Origin: a virus
Taxonomy: Duplodnaviria; Caudoviricetes
Virus record (IMG/VR): IMGVR_UViG_3300027708_000015
DNA length: 64,000 bases
Direction: 5' to 3' (one strand)
The notes below the pieces were generated by a model. It did no database searches and was not told the origin of the DNA. It worked only from the letters and a program-made list of their open reading frames with translations. Position 1 is the stretch's first letter, and the number at the start of each line of letters is the position of its first letter. This document shows positions 63,001 to 64,000 of this stretch, one piece after another. A program made the position numbers and the translations under genes.

Positions 63001-63377
63001 AAGAAATCTCTAACTTGCGGTTCTAAATCTCTATCTACTTGTGTATCAATATCACCGACCTTGGGTTTATACTGTGTAAATTCCTCATCACTAACACCTT
63101 CTGTATTAAAAAAGTGTAAACTGCTACCACTTAGGAATTCTCTGCTGGTCAATAAGTCAGGTTCCCATAAGTTCTTTCTTGTCTGTTTATGAAATGCTAG
63201 ATTGATATCGTGCAGTAACTTATTTAAAAGTCCAACCATAAAGGTGCGGTTATGCACTTTTAAATCTATCTTGTCAGCATAATGTACTGGTTCGCCTTTC
63301 TCAGCATCTCCGATACTTAGGTTACCACCTTCGATAATAATTCGTCTGGGACTGATAAACAGCTCGCGTAGTAGCAT
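60060..63377 (-). CDS. Multidomain protein: Pol-beta-type nucleotidyltransferase + KxDG ligase-like domain + HIGH-family nucleotidyltransferase + C-terminal module
   Basis: FLSGSS...GDIDTQVD...IQIDFEF; PHLRDL...NVKVDG...TCEVLF...YEGIVI...IKVT; VAVGSFVGHKGH...ISFSNLRNAL. Confidence 0.75.
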   Translation of the reverse strand: MLLRELFISPRRIIIEGGNLSIGDAEKGEPVHYADKIDLKVHNRTFMVGLLNKLLHDINLAFHKQTRKNLWEPDLLTSREFLSGSSLHFFNTEGVSDEEFTQYKPKVGDIDTQVDRDLEPQVRDFLTSHTNKQIGDTVFLGFGSGNEQYNGLFQFSNPPIKIQIDFEFGEYQDGKPTDWFRFSHSSEWSDLTAGIKGVFHKYLYRALAGAIKIHAQVQTGTGRGKNKVDVVAPDWVQKYSFGVSGKQGGGLSEPYGPVNDEKTGEQRHLPHPDNSKEELPVVKPVEVKDRPYDQNLQSQFAKLFGHEPTPEDSKLQWTFLGTVDLVGKYLTERQKQETMQRFFEICFEPGSQMIERDDPKADGDIKFAAIDQMLEKLKLTNLRPMAVEMAREYEGDYLDLENFKRQYKPRPDQAGKKIQYGRERKIAVANGTWPDWHGGQQLNEAEVQAQLRKGMPHLRDLKPMDLLDLLDEIHDGNGNFKLQNIPLNVKVDGFGGRFGKNSDGKPFMGTSRTPPRYEATFLKYHQEKGTQDTDILGRAKMFDDLFNEMMKAVELVDSKLGQDFLVNKQVTCEVLFLPFATETPEGKLRFVGIEYDRLPDGIQLALVPFHVSDASTGEALPDSNQVVKKLTGLGQQGSVMFINNSLTQSQALDVTAIVPPMENIEQIKAMLSSGKLALKREAKEILQPIALELEKAIINDPNILGKDLLGQDYEGIVINSRLGPIKVTSAEQRAVIAGKNAAKASARTERPRGNVKTAVVAVGSFVGHKGHEQLWNHTVTLAKSLGGDPYLFIGNAEGKDDPIPPAVKVQTWHKLYPEYANNIGTVIQGGALIQKIKHELINPLPGKSPRYDNIVIAVGKDRAKMATNMAAALMKAVNKFQGYEHVKVTPYITERDEAAGGTGISFSNLRNALKSGTPEQQYQIWKHGFDEAKLGKEWIEHLMNLTRQGMGLHDKQEQPPADPLNIKEANSWIRKMRAKEFLAELSTKPTDNRHDHAVDAGQGGGVLMRDVGGYDRTYHLNRIMMAAAMADGKSKKAVDMPASSFVEKYNVAFPYTDEEQMMMYQALATIPSDAGELDKRGKSQEPKDTNKTSPVNKPKRNRYGV

Positions 63378-63379
63378 GT

Positions 63380-63754
63380 TTAGTCCTTGTACTTGCCTTC
63401 GGCGTGGTGTTGATCGTGCTCGTCGTATAACAGTTCACATACTTGCTTAACAGTATCTTCGTCCAGTTCGTCTGGTAATTCACGGATAGGAAATTTTCTG
63501 ACATACACTCTGTATGCATCTTTTACTGCTTCGCTGAAAATTGCAGGTTTAGGATGACCTTTGCCTTCCTTCATATCGAGGAATTTAGCCAGGGCCGGAT
63601 ATGTGTAACGACGATAGCAATGATCATCGTGGTCCATGTAATGTGCTATGTCTTCGGCTAGATCGTAATCGATAACTCGTTGTCCATCGTCTTCGTGTTT
63701 TACGAAGTCTGTATCTTTGAAGAAATTACCTTCTAATAGTTCTCTTAAGCGCAT
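63380..63754 (-). CDS. Small probable internal head protein
   Basis: MRLRELLE N-terminus; upstream GATAAATA. Confidence 0.6.
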   Translation of the reverse strand: MRLRELLEGNFFKDTDFVKHEDDGQRVIDYDLAEDIAHYMDHDDHCYRRYTYPALAKFLDMKEGKGHPKPAIFSEAVKDAYRVYVRKFPIRELPDELDEDTVKQVCELLYDEHDQHHAEGKYKD

Positions 63755-63800
63755 TTTTAAGCCCGTTTAAATAAATCAGCAGAAGACTCTGCAGTTAGAG

Positions 63801-63808
63801 TATTTATC
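63801..63808 (-). promoter_or_regulatory. T4-like late promoter motif (GATAAATA)
   Basis: Intergenic, upstream of the 63754 operon. Confidence 0.55.
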
Positions 63809-63811
63809 GCT

Positions 63812-64000
63812 TTAGCTTTTAACAATGCGTTCTATTTTGGAGATACTTTCGCCTAGATGCATCTTGACTATCAAAAGATTGTTATCACCTGTGACATAGC
63901 AGTGTGTGCCACCCCAACTGCGCTGTTTTCCTAGATCTCTTATACAGCTTTTGGTCAGTTTGCACTTGGGACTAGTTTCAGCCCACTCAACAAACGCAGG
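63812..64000 (-). CDS. 3' end of a hypothetical protein, truncated by the window edge
   Basis: Open frame PAFVEWAETSPKCKLTKSC...ISKIERIVKS* from base 64000 to the stop at 63812. Confidence 0.55.
   Translation of the reverse strand, partial: PAFVEWAETSPKCKLTKSCIRDLGKQRSWGGTHCYVTGDNNLLIVKMHLGESISKIERIVKS

Noticed and set aside
63770-63800. Small hairpins (GCAGA-GTCT-TCTGC) in the leader after the late motif
   Set aside because: Short stems expected by chance; they do not cover the RBS, and there is no comparative support.
1-64000. CRISPR array, tRNA or rRNA genes
   Set aside because: No regularly spaced direct repeats or cloverleaf/rRNA signatures were recognised; intergenic gaps are mostly too short. 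A tRNAscan/Infernal run would be definitive.

Overview
The window is a gene-dense, AT-rich segment of a large T4-like (myovirus-type) dsDNA phage genome, with no rRNA, tRNA or CRISPR seen. The + strand (1-28758) carries the 3' part of a giant (>4470 aa, open at the window start) modular virion protein, several tail/baseplate fibre genes and a four-glycosyltransferase block. The - strand (28706-64000) carries thyX, a MoxR-type AAA ATPase/VWA-metallopeptidase pair, T4-type RNase H, and a dispersed 7-deazaguanine DNA-modification region (queE, folE, QueD-like T-fold protein, TGT/DpdA-like transglycosylase, GT-B glycosyltransferase, purine PRTase, HNH). It continues with a replication block (DsbA-like, 2OG-Fe oxygenase, family B DNA polymerase, UDP-sugar dehydrogenase, sliding clamp) and an 11-kb late block of probable capsid-internal proteins. 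Four perfect TTGACA-N17-TATAAT promoters and ten intergenic TAAATA late-promoter-like motifs indicate two-tier transcription. The strongest leads are: (1) a 1105-aa protein joining a Pol-beta-type nucleotidyltransferase, a KxDG ligase-like domain and a HIGH-family nucleotidyltransferase, bounded by putative prohead-protease sites, within a block whose N-termini resemble the T4 capsid-targeting sequence; (2) a deazaguanine cluster with a tightly linked glycosyltransferase; (3) a four-level nested domain architecture near the C-terminus of the giant virion protein. All family assignments come from motif recognition by eye; no database searches were run.
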